Shown here: positions 26,601-37,466 of the stretch, in pieces
Position numbering within the stretch: position 1 is the first letter of the stretch
Layout of the letters: every line of letters begins with the position of its first letter
Source: Podarcis vaucheri
Lineage: Eukaryota
NCBI GenBank assembly: GCA_965113315.1
Contig: OZ220376.1
Strand: one strand, 5' to 3'
DNA length: 64,000 nucleotides
Translations under genes and position numbers: made by a program
Notes under the pieces: generated by a model
Told to the model about the DNA's origin: nothing
The model's database searches: none
What the model saw: the letters and a program-made list of their open reading frames with translations, nothing else

Positions 26601-29600
26601 TGGCTTGTACCTTGGGTGAAGAAGTGGGTTCGACCACCCAGTAGGAACAAGAGTCCTTTTCTGTGCATTGGATGCTTTGCTCCTTGCATGAGAGTCCAAC
26701 TCTAGTCCAAGCTTCTACTGCCTAATCACTTTCCCAAAGCCCCTGAGCATCCTGATAGCCTCAGAGTTTGCTCTTTAATCCACGTAATCTATGAGGGCTA
26801 ATCACCTTCCTATCCCAGCAGGGTGCTCAGTCTGTCCTTCCAAACAGCAGTTTAGCCTCTCCAGGTAATCCATGTGGCTTCCCCATCGTGCGGTGGGAGT
26901 CACCTTCAGGTCCATGAGGTGAGTTTCTTCCACACTGTCCAGCGAATATTCCTTCAGAGGGACTGTTTGCCTCAGTCACCTGGCACCATGGAAAGCTGAA
27001 GAATGGGCTTGTGTATGTCCTATTTCATTTAGCACAGATTTATACTACACTGCAGTGATGTACACTGCATTGACCAGCTTCATCAATGCTGATCAGCTTC
27101 ATCGATGTTGCCTTGCTGACCAAAGCAGTTTTAGTCCTAAAAGCAGACTGGAAGTGAGATGAAATAAGTCCACATCATCAGCACCATTTAGGAATATTTG
27201 GAGCCAGGTCCTTACCACCAATTCAAGCACCTGTATCAATGAGTAAGGCTGGACACACAAAGAACTGGAAGGTACCTCAGCTCAGCCTCACTTGTCAGTC
27301 TACTGCTAAAGCATTTATGATGGGTGACCATACAATTTGCACTAAAAAACCTATAATCAAGGAGAGCCCCCCCCACCTTCCAAGGCAGTCTCTTCCACCA
27401 TTGAAAGCTCTTTCTAACGGTTAGTAGAAATCCCGTTTCCTATAATTTCAACCTATTAGTTCAGGTCCTATTCTCTGGAGAAATAAATTGCTCCATTATC
27501 TATGTGACACTCTTTAAGTATATGAACATGGTTTTGTCTCATCTCACCTCTTAGTTGTCTCTTCTCCTGGCTACACATACCAACCTCCTTCCTCATAGGA
27601 TGTGGTTCCCAGGGGCCTCACCATCTTTGTTGCCCATTTCTGGGCACACTCCAGTTGGGCACTCCTTCAGCTGCTGTGCCCACCACAGCTGGACACAGGT
27701 AGGTCTAGATGAGGTCTGACCAAAGCAGAATAGGGTGCCATCATTAGTTTTGTGGTGTGGACATTTTATACATTAGTTAATGCAGTCTTGAACTGTATTG
27801 GCTTTTTTAGTTACTGCATTGGGTTGCTGATTTATATTTAGCTCATGGTGATGGTCCAAGGAAGGTTTATTTGGCAGCAGCTTCCAAAAGAGCACAGAAG
27901 TGGGAAACTTTGTCTCTCCATGCATCCTGTCTTCACCTTCTGGCTGCAACAACTGAAACTCATCCAAGCAAGTACTACCAGATGCTGCCAAGGCAGCAGC
28001 CCATATTTTTACAGTATTCAAAGCAGAACCCAATTTGAAGTTATTTGCAAGTAAATTACAGTGGGCTACTGAAGATTTATGACCACAAGCTCCCTGGAGT
28101 ACCAGGGGACTGACCTGGAGCTAAAGTATTATTTTTCCCCTAACACTATTAGGCTTAATTTGCTTGAATAGACCGGGGGTGGGGAGAATACCTTTCAGTG
28201 CAATGGGGCACCCTGAATGAAATGCATCTCTTCTACCCTGGGCTATCTAGCCTCAGGTTCTGGTCAAAATTGTACACCGAATATTCCAATTTCAGTAAAG
28301 ACTAAAGGAACTGGGACAATAAAGAATGAAACTGGGACCACCCAAGTCAGGCTCTCTGGCTATCCTTTCTAAGGTTATTTAAAATGTACAAGACATACAC
28401 ACAAGAAGCATGTATGTTCAATTTGATAATGACAGAACAATTTAAGACCAAACAATATGTACTAATTTCAGTTGCATACATTGTAATCTATACTCCATAC
28501 AAAACAAATTTCCTCATTATGTTCCCTAACATTCAGTTTATCATGGTGCTGCTGGAATGAATGAAGTGAAATAGTGGGAATCAGGAAAACGTCCCTCAAG
28601 TCTTCCAGTCTTCCTTGAATTTAGGAGAGGAGCTAAAAGTTCTTTTTTTAAAAAAGCTATTTTTATTAAAGCTTGAAAAACAAACAAGGAATAAACAATA
28701 TAAAGAATTCAGCATTAAATTTCCAGCATTTTTAAACATAAAAGCTAAAATAAATAAGTTACAGAAAAAGAAGGAAAAAAGAAAAGATTTCCAATTCTCC
28801 ATCTATTAGTTTTAAAAGCTTGTGCAAAAACTTACTCCATAATAACACCCAACTCTTCTACTTTACATAAACCAACTTTTTTCAGTCTTCAAAATGTCAA
28901 CAATGATTTTTCCCTAACATGTCAACTTTGCAATCTCAGCCAAATCCATTAATTTCAATAACCATTCTTTCATAGTAGGTAATAGGAAGTTCTTCTGTCT
29001 TTGTTGTGCTTATTAAAATCTTACTGCTGTGATCATATATTGTATTCCATATTCTTTTTCTAGTTGTACCGCCATTAGTCCCAGCAGGAAGAGCTCTGGT
29101 TTCAGTTGAACAAGAGGAGCAAATAGTTCTGAATAGGTGTCAGAGGTCAGTAATGGATTTGGGGGCTTATATACTATGTGAGTCCAGGCAAGGCAGAACT
29201 TAGAATTTCATCTAAGCCAGAATGGTATAGAAGTTAGAGTGTCAGACTAGGACCTGGGAGACCAGGGTTCAAATCCCCAATTGGCCATGATGCTCACTGG
29301 GTAACCAGGGGCCATCACTGCTTCTCAACCTAACCTACCTCACAAGGCAGTTGTGGGAGTTAAATGAATAAGGAGGGGTACGATGTACACCACCTCAAAT
29401 TCCATGGAGGAAATGGAGAGTTATAAATGCAATAAATTTATAAACAAATAAAATGTGACTAGGAAGACAGTTTTGGCCTGTTCTGAATGGGATTATACAC
29501 CCCTTAAGGATCAAGCCCAGAATTTTGGAGTGCTGTTAAATCCTTCTAATAGTTTGGATATCCTGGGGCATCTGCATCATCAGACTAGTCAGGTTCACTA

Positions 29601-32600
29601 GCTGTGACCCCTTGCCACTATTGCCCATACTATGCCCATCTATCTTTAGATTATATTTGAAGACAATGCAGAAATGTAAAATGCTGCAGTTTAGGTTATT
29701 GTTGGTACTAGTAATGAGGAACACACAATTATGTTCAAAAGTAGCTCCAGATTTCCTATTTCCCCAGGTAAACTGCTAGTCTTAACCTTTAAAATCATTT
29801 ATGCCTTAGAACCTTGGTATCTGGAAGACCACCTACTCCTATGCAAACCTTCCTTTGCCTGCAGAAGCGAGGCAGGTGGTAGCTGGAGAGATTATGTCCC
29901 ATCACTGCAATGCCCTCCATATACAGCTGCTCCACATGTTTGCTAAGTTTTCAGTGCCAGATAAAGACTGTTTCATTTGTAGGAGCTTTTCATGAGCAAC
30001 ATTTTAATTTTATTTGCTGAATTGTGTACAGCCTGTTTTATTTTCCTTGTTATGCTGTCCAACTTATTTTATTTCCACTGATCTTTTGAGTTAAAAATTA
30101 ATAATAATGTGATATTCCATTTACAGTACATTGTGCTCTGTTTTACCAGCATTGTGCATTGCTTTAGAAATTATTTAAATTTAAAAACAAGAGATATGCA
30201 TTTTTGAAATTAAATAAGAATAAAGCAATGCCCTTCCAGACTTACAAAGACAGCCCCTCTCCACAAACCCTGCAGTGTAAGACTGCTTTAAAAGGATTCA
30301 GCCAACCACAGGGGAGGAAAATAAAAGAAAAGGAGGTGATTTCCATATGTCCAAAGGAGGAGTCAACCACAGTGGTAATTCTTCTTTCATTCCCTTGAAA
30401 TGACCCATCCACGTTGACAAGGTGCTACAAATATCACCCTAAGGAGAGAGAAAAGAGGGCTGCCTTTACTCCATTTCTGGAGAATGCCAGGTAAGAAAAG
30501 AGCCCTCACCTACTTCCTGCTCACCAAGGAGGCACTTTCATGCTGCTCCTGCTTCACACTCACTGCAGAGAGAAAGTCCAGGAACTAGCAGGAAAGAAAG
30601 CTGCACTGCAGCACCAACTACACACCACAGCAGCCGCAGAAGCAGAAGCAGCCACTACCTGCCTCTTTCCAAGCTTGCCAGCTTGCTTCCATCTAATCCC
30701 CTTATGTGCAGCAAGAAAGATGTGGGTTTCCCATAAGTTGCTGAAAATCAGAGCTGCAACTAGGAGGTCCTTGAATAGCACTGCAGTGTCAATCCCATGA
30801 CACTGATTTGCATTCTTGGGGGAGGGCCAATATGGGACATTTTGCTGGCAGCAGCTGGGCAAGCACCAGCCACACCCTCCAGGCTGCAGAGAAGGGGAAC
30901 CTTCCTCACTTACCTGGATACATGGTCAGTGGGGTTGCATGCCTTTCCCCCCTGCCAGGCTGGAGTTCCTGAGGAGAGAGGGCATTAAGGGTTCCACCCC
31001 AGCTATAAAGCCTTATTGGGAGTGCACTTACTGTCTCATTCCTTATGCCCTTTGCAGGAATGATTACAGTATATGCTTTGTATTTGTTTACTCCTAGCTT
31101 TATACTCCACCAGTTCAAGCAGCAGCATTGTGCCAGATAGAAATACAACTACAAGTCAGTTTTCTTAAGAAAAAGTCATACCAGATGAACTTCATCTACC
31201 TCCCCCTTTTTACAGCTAACTTGATAGAACAGGGGGAAGTTACGAGATGTAGTATAGCTTGTTTTCAGCAAGGCTTTCAACAAGCTCCTCCACAATATTC
31301 TTGTTGACAAGCTGCTAAAATGTGTGATAGACTAAGCTCGGGGACTCTTGGATTCAGGGGCAGAATAGAGACTTCCAGAACTCCTTATCCAACTCTTTAG
31401 ACTTTCCCCAAGCCAAAACCCTCAAGGGCTCTGGATCCAGTTCCTCCTATAGGGCTTTTGCCTGGCTGAAATGTGTCCTTGAACTGTCTCAGTGGATGGA
31501 GAAGTGTGTGTGGGGAAATCATTGGCTTGATTGTGGCAGGGCTGTAGTCTATTGTACTAAGAAGAGTCACATCTGTTGCTTATTTTGCTTCTAGTCCTGC
31601 CCACCTTTGACAAACAGTTCCCAGAATGCTGCCTATGAAGGTTCCCCACCCCCACATGAAAGACACTGTTAGGCAGATGTGTAGCTAATGGCTCAACAAC
31701 TTTGTATAAAAGACTTGGACACAAAAGAGTAGAGAAAATGTTCATCAAATCAGTAGATAACACCAAACCAACAAAATTCAAGATGTGTCTAGCATGATGA
31801 AGAACTGGACCAAAGTAACAAATTTAATTTCAACACAGATAAATGCAACATTATGCATTTAGGTAGGAAAATCAAGACACACAAGTACAGGATGGAAAGC
31901 ACCTGGCTTGACAGTAGAGCCAGGTTTCTTAGCACACCATGAGCTAAAAATGAGCCAGCAATGTGATGCTGCTACTAAAAAGGCTAATACAATTCTAGGC
32001 TACAACGGAAACATAGTGTCTGGATCATGAGAAGCTATGGGACCGCTAAAATTCTGCTTTGGTCAGCCTTCAGCTGGAGTCATGTACTTCTGGGCACTGC
32101 AGCAGTTTAAGAATAAAGGACTAATAGACGAAAACGATGACAGTTCCCGGGCTCTCCCATAGATGACAGAGCAAATTTGTCTTCAGTCACTCCCGAACCG
32201 GCAAGATCAAAATGGCAAGAAGACTGACCGCCAGGTGGATCTTCCAGGGAACGGCGCCTCGGGAGCTCCTGCCCAGGCGGCAGCGGGCAAGGAGAAGGGT
32301 CCGGCCAGAAGAAGCCGTCCCGCTCAGCGAGCTTCCTAGGCAGGTCCTGCGGCGGCTGGGCCTGGCGACCCGCTTTCCCTTCCTCCTCTTGCCGGCCAGT
32401 GCCCCGCCCCCTCCCCGCCACAGACTCTCCAGGGATGGGGACGCCGCCGCTCTTGGGAATTCCGGTCCAGGGAGCGCCGCGCCAGGGCGAGATCCAACCG
32501 GTCACGCGCCCCTCAGGTGCTCCCGACGGCGGCGACACAGCAAGCCCTCTCCAGGGTGCTGAACGCGCAGGCGGCGGCGGGGGCTTCCGGCAGGCCTCCC

Positions 32601-32791
32601 CCTCTCCCTCCCTCCCTCCGCCCGTCCTTACCGCGCTCGAGGCTCCGGCGCAGCGTTTCCCGCTCTTGCTCGGTGCCGACCTCGCCGATCACGGCAAGCA
32701 CCGCGTGGCCCCGCCGCTGCCTCCCCCACCTCTCGCTGCCGGGCGCCGCCGGCGTCTCCATGGCGACAGGCCCGGCCGCCGGCGTCCCCAT
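326..32791 (-). CDS. MAP1A: Microtubule-associated protein 1A, long isoform; gene span of 6 coding exons (final exon lies left of the window)
   Basis: Spliced translation contains MAP1-family N-terminal domain (DVPSPFDLLEPPTSGGFLKLSKPCCYIFPGGRGDSALFAVNG), KKE microtubule-binding repeats and LC2 light-chain motif (YVDLAYIPNHCSGK...GKAQWGENLQ). All exon phases are compatible; sum 9039 nt = 3013 codons. Confidence 0.97.
1086..1187. mobile_element. Right-end fragment of a related Tc2-type MITE
   Basis: CCTCCAAAAACTA and TTATAGAGCGAAAAAT motifs shared with the 1970-2138 element. Confidence 0.65.
1970..2138. mobile_element. Tc2/pogo-type MITE inserted in the L1
   Basis: TIR CCGTATTTTT-GC-C-ATAACAC-CAC at both ends; TA duplication; removing it restores the L1 peptide EIQLNQEKIIVVGVYAPN. 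Confidence 0.88.
3275..11594 (-). CDS. MAP1A: MAP1A giant coding exon 5 (8,320 nt); contains the short-isoform start MDGVSEF at 11444
   Basis: Open frame matching ORF 3090..11543; tag acceptor at 11595-6 and gtaaga donor at 3273-4. Confidence 0.96.
5027..5085 (-). repeat. Coding GAG/GAA repeat (poly-Glu) in MAP1A
   Basis: About 20 consecutive Glu codons; shorter tracts near 7080-7107 and 8610-8643. Confidence 0.9.
12125..12265 (-). CDS. MAP1A: MAP1A coding exon 4 (VRSLICDPSAYKLLVLCGQS...ILADPE)
   Basis: cag acceptor and gtaaat donor, 141 nt, phase 0/0. Confidence 0.94.
12818..12859 (-). mobile_element. CR1 LINE 3' tail
   Basis: Reverse complement TGGACTCGATGGCCCTTGTGGTCTCTTCCAACTCTATGATTC, a typical CR1 3' end. 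Confidence 0.75.
12869..12951 (-). CDS. MAP1A: MAP1A coding exon 3 (GQRTLHHQSEDLDTVILVNPDEQSTVSE)
   Basis: tag acceptor and gtaaag donor, 83 nt; found by manual translation. Confidence 0.93.
13542..13778. repeat. Two (TG)n tracts, the second running into (CG)n alternating purine-pyrimidine sequence
   Basis: 13542-13578 and 13749-13778. Confidence 0.85.
16950..17280 (+). mobile_element. Degenerate L2-like LINE RT fragment
   Basis: YVDDIQLY (YADD motif) and LNPNKTD-like motif. Confidence 0.6.
17330..17440 (+). mobile_element. CR1 ORF2 fragment
   Basis: LVQPHLEYCVLFW...LEKVQK motif. Confidence 0.8.
17615..17650. repeat. (AG)n microsatellite
   Basis: Visible directly in the sequence. Confidence 0.95.
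18700..19050 (+). mobile_element. Degenerate CR1-type LINE 3' region
   Basis: LKRGVDNFME-like ORF2 end followed by a 3'UTR resembling 33960-34150. Confidence 0.55.
19180..20450. promoter_or_regulatory. Intragenic CpG island, probable alternative MAP1A promoter
   Basis: About 1.3 kb of GC/CpG-rich sequence inside intron 2, with GC boxes and a minus-strand donor CAG|gtcaat at 19152. Confidence 0.65.
23381..23517 (+). mobile_element. CR1 LINE 3' end
   Basis: TTTAAGCAGAGGTTGGATG...GGACTAGATGACC...TTCCAACTCT...ATTCTATGATTCTA terminal repeat. Confidence 0.85.
25072..26053. mobile_element. Non-autonomous hAT (Charlie-like) element
   Basis: Left TIR CAGGGGTCCTCAAACT; right end ...AAAAAGTCTGAGGACCC; flanks CCCAAGAC / CCCAATAC. 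Confidence 0.75.
26105..26125 (-). promoter_or_regulatory. RE1/NRSE (REST) site, MAP1A intron 2
   Basis: CGCAGCACCATGGACAGCTCC, 17/21 to consensus with both half-sites and the 2-nt spacer intact. Confidence 0.72.
26410..26511 (-). CDS. MAP1A: MAP1A coding exon 2 (GLRSWDIDLSSCDLNQQLRLFVTRHLAHFSSEVK)
   Basis: cag acceptor and gtcagt donor, 102 nt, phase 1/1; near-identical to MAP1A. Confidence 0.95.
27400..27850 (-). mobile_element. Degenerate CR1 ORF2 fragment
   Basis: LNINQQPNAVTKKAN (cf. CR1 LNMSQQCxxAAKKAN). Confidence 0.6.
28630..29110 (-). mobile_element. L1 3'-end fragment
   Basis: PTMKEWLLKLMDLAEIAKLT ORF2 C-terminal motif, T-rich 3'UTR and AATAAA. Confidence 0.7.
29220..29452 (+). 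mobile_element. tRNA-derived SINE
   Basis: B-box GGTTCAAATCC, head GTTAGAGTGTCAGACTAGG, AAAT-rich tail. Confidence 0.7.
31240..32100 (+). mobile_element. CR1 RT fragments (interrupted)
   Basis: FSKAFNK..HNIL and FNTDKCNIMHLGRK...MSQQCDAATKKAN motifs. Confidence 0.7.
32543..32563 (-). promoter_or_regulatory. RE1/NRSE (REST) site, MAP1A intron 1
   Basis: TTCAGCACCCTGGAGAGGGCT versus consensus TTCAGCACCACGGACAGCGCC. Confidence 0.7.
32632..32791 (-). CDS. MAP1A: MAP1A coding exon 1 (MGTPAAGPVAMETP...HAVLAVIGEVGTEQERETLRRSLER)
   Basis: In-frame ATGs at 32791 and 32761; donor G|gtaagg; resembles MAP1A long-isoform N-terminus (VAMET, xxLxVIGxxGTE...LExG). Confidence 0.88.
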
Positions 32792-32797
32792 AGCAAC
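32754..32797. promoter_or_regulatory. Two RFX X-boxes (32754-32767 and 32784-32797)
   Basis: GTCTCCATGGCGAC and GTCCCCATAGCAAC versus consensus GTTGCCATGGCAAC. Confidence 0.7.
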
Positions 32798-33644
32798 TGG
32801 TTCCCAACTCCGCAGATGCTGCAGCGGCCTCCTGCGCGCGCCTCTTAAGGGGAGAGCCGGTCGCGCGCGGATTGGCTCCTCAGAACGCACGTGCCCCACG
32901 AGGCGCTGGGGCGGGGATTCCCGTGGCCCCGCCCCCAGAGCCGTCCCCGCCCACCTACCCAGGCGTGCTTAGGATAAGCAGGGCGTGGGGCGGAGTCACA
33001 GAAGGGGCGGGGCTCTTTCCACTCCCCGCGTCGAACGGGCTGGGAGGGGCGGGGCGGAATTGCCTCTTCCTTCTACTCTCCTGGAGGGTGAGATATACAC
33101 GCTCCTTCCAGGACCCGAGGCGATCCCGGCCGCTGTCCTGCAGCCCAACAGGCGCTTATCTCTGTTAGCGGAGCCTCCTCCCCCACGCGCCCGGGTCTGA
33201 TCCAGCTTTTGCTCCTGCTGCTGGGCTCCGGTGATGTACCCCCAGCCGGCACCGAGGAATGAGGGCGACCCTTCCCTCTTTCCATCGGGTGGCGCAAGGG
33301 AGAGCGAACCCCTTTGCCCGCCGCGAGAAGGCGATCCCTCCCCGCCGGCCCGAGGTCTGCCCCCCCCCCCCAGTCAGGCCAGCGGCCTCCAAACGAGCGG
33401 AGGTGGGGAAGCTGCCCTGGTCCCCAGCTGCAGCGCCTGTCTACAATGCAGAGTGAGGGGTGGCAACCCGCGGGGCCTTGGAATTCTGGTGACCCTATAG
33501 CCCTCCTCCCTCAGAAGGGCAGCCCTGACAGCCAGTTCCCCAACCTTCCTCTTTTACCTCCACGCTGGCAGCTGGTGTCCATCCCCAAGGGGCTGCATGT
33601 TCTTGGCACGGCAGAAGGTGGTGCTGAGCATTGGGGGGCTTCTT

Positions 33645-34150
33645 AGCTTAGAAAAGAAGAAAGGCAGCAGAGGAGTGATAGATAATTATACATGGTGTGG
33701 AGAAAGGAGACAGCTGCCCTTTGGCTTTTTTCAAAATACTAGATCCTAGGGACATACAGTGAAGCTGAACACTGGAAGATTCAGGTCAGACAAAAGGAAG
33801 AATTTTTTACACGGCACGTAGTTAAATGATGGAATTTACTTCCACAACAATAACTTAATTTAAAAAATATTATTTATATGCCACCCATCTGACTGGGTTG
33901 CCCCAACCACTCTGGGCAGTTTCTAGAAAATTATAAAACCACAGTAAAACATTGCACACTATAGGTGTGGCGATGGACCAGAACTCAGATGCCTTTGAAA
34001 GGACATAAGAAAATATGGAAGACAATCACCTTGTGTTTTGCCTGTTGTCAGACACTCATTGGGACACCTGATTGGTCACTGTGGGAAATCAGATGCTGGA
34101 GCAAATGAGTCTCCTTTGGTCCGATCCAACAGGGCACTTCCTAGCTCTTT
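33645..34150 (+). mobile_element. CR1-type LINE 3' region with a small insertion
   Basis: SLEKKK...GHTVKL...FRSDKRK ORF2 C-terminal motifs plus 3'UTR. Confidence 0.6.
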
Positions 34151-36059
34151 TTCTTCAAAGAACCTGAAGTGGGCTGCTAATTTAAGCAGGGAAACAGCAC
34201 TGAGGGGAGAACTTTTAATTCTCTCCCCCTGCCCTTTCCTGAATTGTAAGAATATTCCATATGCTTGCATATGCCCCACTGGAGAGGAGGGTAAATACAA
34301 GCACCTGTTGCCCCACACCTTTTGCCAGAGGGAGACGACGTGGGACAGGTACAAATAGCATGTGTTCACCAGTGCAATTTCAGTCAAAGTGGCAACTATT
34401 CTGAAGAAAATAAAAAGACACCAAGTGATCAGATTATACACCTCCCACTTCCCATCTTTGTTGTAAAACAAGGAAGCAAAGGCAGGGACAGCAATAGAAC
34501 TTGCAGGACCAAGGACAGTTCCCAACAGCAAAGAACTTGCTCCAAATGGTTTCAAGAGCTAAGTACTCCTGATTTTCCATCTCCCAATCTTATTGCCTTT
34601 CTCAGTCTTTTGGACAGTTCATATCTATATAGTATCTTTACTGCTATATCCTAGTTTGTTATTAACCAATAAATTATGTTCTGTATCAGGGCACCCAGCT
34701 CCTCTGGATGGATGATCATGGGGCCTCTGGTGTTCCCTTGTGATCAGTGTCTGATCAATGCTTCAGACCAAAGACAAGACAGGGGCCTCTAGTTATACAT
34801 TATCTATCTGGTATTGATCCAGGATTAAATCCCTGTTCAGGGAGCTGGAGTCCAGTATCATATGAAGGAGCAGAGGTTGTCCACCTCTGGTGGTATGAGG
34901 AGTCTCAAACTTGGCCTGAGCTCCTTAGAGGAAAAGAGGAAAGGAAGGAAATAATGTGAAATAAGTCAAAATCTACAAATGTCCATATATCTCTATCACT
35001 CTCTATCTATTTGACAGCCACAGTGCAAGACTCTCCATTCCTGCAGTGTGTAAGTTACTACAGTAACTGGAATACACTGAGGCTAGACCAATTAAGGCTG
35101 TGCTCCTGTGGACATTTACCTGCATGCAGGTTTCACTGATTTTAGTGGGTTTCAAAGTAAACATGCCTTTTATCAGGCTGTATTTATTTAACAAATCTCT
35201 TTCTCTTACCCAACAAAACTCCTTAGTGAGCAAACAAAATGTGATTGAACGGGGATTCAGCAGCAACTGAATAAGAGCCTAACTATATTTCTTCCAAAAT
35301 CTAACTGCTTCAATTTTAATTGGGGGGAAAAGCTCTTTCTTCAAAGTAATTATTTATGGAGGCAATGTACAAATACCAGTGTTTCCTGTTTTACCTATCA
35401 TGCAGGACCTGGTTCCAGAGCCATCTCTTTCTCTTCCAGGAGTAAATGGCATCATAGAGAATTGATGCTTAGAAGGAAGGCAGCTCCTGCCCAGCTCTGC
35501 TTCTTTTAGTTTTGGAATACCAGCATTTATTGCAGGAGAAACCAACTATAGAACAAAAATGTCATTTCTTAACAGGTAAAGAACATTCTGTTTATTTTAA
35601 GAAACAGACTAACTTTTCTTCTTTCTCCTTCAGGTGTTTTGTTTAAAGGGAACAGGCTGCAGACTGGTCTCCAGAGCAGGGTGGGCAAGGCTTCTTCCTA
35701 GGATGCAAAACACATCTCTGATGACAAAACCAGAGGTAGCTCTTCTCTCCCTATGTAGCACGTCAGCATTTTAAAATGTGACACAGTAGGGAGGGGCAAT
35801 CATCTGGTTCCTCTGGCTCAGAAACTGGCAATTATGTAGGAAGAGCCTTGCTGCTGGATCAGGCCAAAGGCCCTCCTAATCCTGTTTTCACAATAACCGA
35901 CCAGTTGTCCCAATGGGAAGCCCAGAAGCAGAACTTGAGGGTAACAGGGCTCTTCCCACTTGTAATTCCCAGCAATTGGTATAAAAAATCATATAGAAGA
36001 GCATTACAAAGCATAAAAAATAACAAGTCTTGCTGAAGATGAATCAGCATGGCTTCTCC

Positions 36060-36167
36060 ATGCACACGAAAGCTTATACCCAGAACAAACTTAGTTGGTC
36101 TCTAATTTTTTTATTTTTTATATATATTTCGACTGCGTCAGACCAACATGGCTACCTACCTGAATCA
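36060..36167 (+). mobile_element. Penelope-like terminal fragment
   Basis: CACGAAAGCTTATACC...TTAGTTGGTCTCTAA...CAGACCAACATGGCTACC pattern. Confidence 0.55.
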
Positions 36168-36254
36168 TTAACCTTTCAGAGTGTCAATAACTACATTTTT
36201 TATTATGTGATTGACACTCTAAAGGTGTTATCTGGTAGACATTGTGTACTTGGA

Positions 36255-36505
36255 AGAAATGGGATTCCCCAGATATCTGTACTGGGACCCGTGCTATTTA
36301 ATTGCTTCATAAGTGATACGGAATCAGGATGAACATTGAGGTATTCAAATATGCTGATGACACCTAGTTATTCAGGATGTTAAAAGCAAAACGGGATAGT
36401 AAAGAGCTCCAAATGGATATTTTCAATCTGGGGGAAGGGGCATTAAATTTGCAACATTGGTTCAGCGTAAGCAAATGTAAAATGATGTGCATGGGTAAAA
36501 AATCC
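36255..36505 (+). mobile_element. CR1 RT fragment
   Basis: GIPQISVLGPVLFNCFI and KYADDT motifs. Confidence 0.8.
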
Positions 36506-36955
36506 TATCTTTACATCTATATATTTTGGAAAGTTGACTGTTTGCTATGCGTTTGGACACCTCTTAAGATATCATGACCAAATTGTTTGTTCCTGAGATG
36601 GAGGTTTTTGTCTATGTTTGGATGCCATTTGGAATCAGATTTAAATAGCACTAATTTGATGGGCATGGTTTGAGGAAAAAGGCCTTGTGGCCAGAAGTAG
36701 GATCCCTGTCAGGTCTAATTTGGCCTGGAGGATCAGAGGCTCCCCTGCCGGCTCTGTCATGTTACCAAACTAAAAAGTCCCAAATGTTGTAACCCTCTTC
36801 TTGCAGGGGAGTTGCTTCTGCCCCCAAAATTGTTGCTTGCCCCTTTGTGATCCTGTACCAGATCTACGCCATGCTGTTCCAAATATCCCATGTATGGAAT
36901 TATGACCCCATAGAGAAGGGCTGGAAGGAAACATGAAAGACTCAGAGGGTTGCAG

Positions 36956-37466
36956 CAGGGGGGTGTAGCCGGGGGGTGTGTGCAGCTGCCCTTCCCCAAA
37001 TCAAGTAAATAAATAAAAATACTTAACTCAGTGTTTTTCAACCTTTTTTGGGCAAAGGCACACTTGTTTCATGAAAAAAATCACGAGGCACACCACCACG
37101 GTGTGCGGAGAGGGAGATGTCAGAGCCCCGCTGCTCTCTTGGGGAATCGGATGAGAGCGGACCGCCTGTCCGCTCTCATCCGATCCCATCCGATCTGATC
37201 CCCACCCAGGATGGATGGAAAATAGGGTGGACACAGTCCGGCGCCCGCCTAGTGGACGAAAATTTGACTTTAAAAAAAAAAATCTTTCGAATTTTTCAAT
37301 TTTCCCCATGGCACACCAGGCAACATCTCGCGGCGCACTAGTGTGCCGCGGAACAGTGGTTGAAAAACACTGATTTAACTGACCAACAGCATCACAGATA
37401 ACTCACTTCTGCCCCCCACAACATAATGCCTGCCTCCCTGCAAAATAAATCCTGGCTACGCCCATG
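36956..37466. mobile_element. Older MITE hosting the hAT MITE
   Basis: Imperfect TIRs ...GGGTGTAGCCGGG / CCTGGCTACGCCC; no clear TSD. Confidence 0.55.
37029..37372. mobile_element. hAT MITE (344 bp)
   Basis: Perfect 15-bp TIR CAGTGTTTTTCAACC; 8-bp TSD ACTTAACT/ATTTAACT. Confidence 0.92.

Larger units (their letters stand above)
32200..33480. promoter_or_regulatory. CpG island / MAP1A upstream promoter
   Basis: Dense CpG; CCAAT (minus strand) at 32871-32875; at least five GC boxes in 32907-33058. Confidence 0.85.

Noticed and set aside
29230-29290. Possible tRNA gene (B-box GGTTCAAATCC)
   Set aside because: No cloverleaf; it continues into a SINE body and tail.
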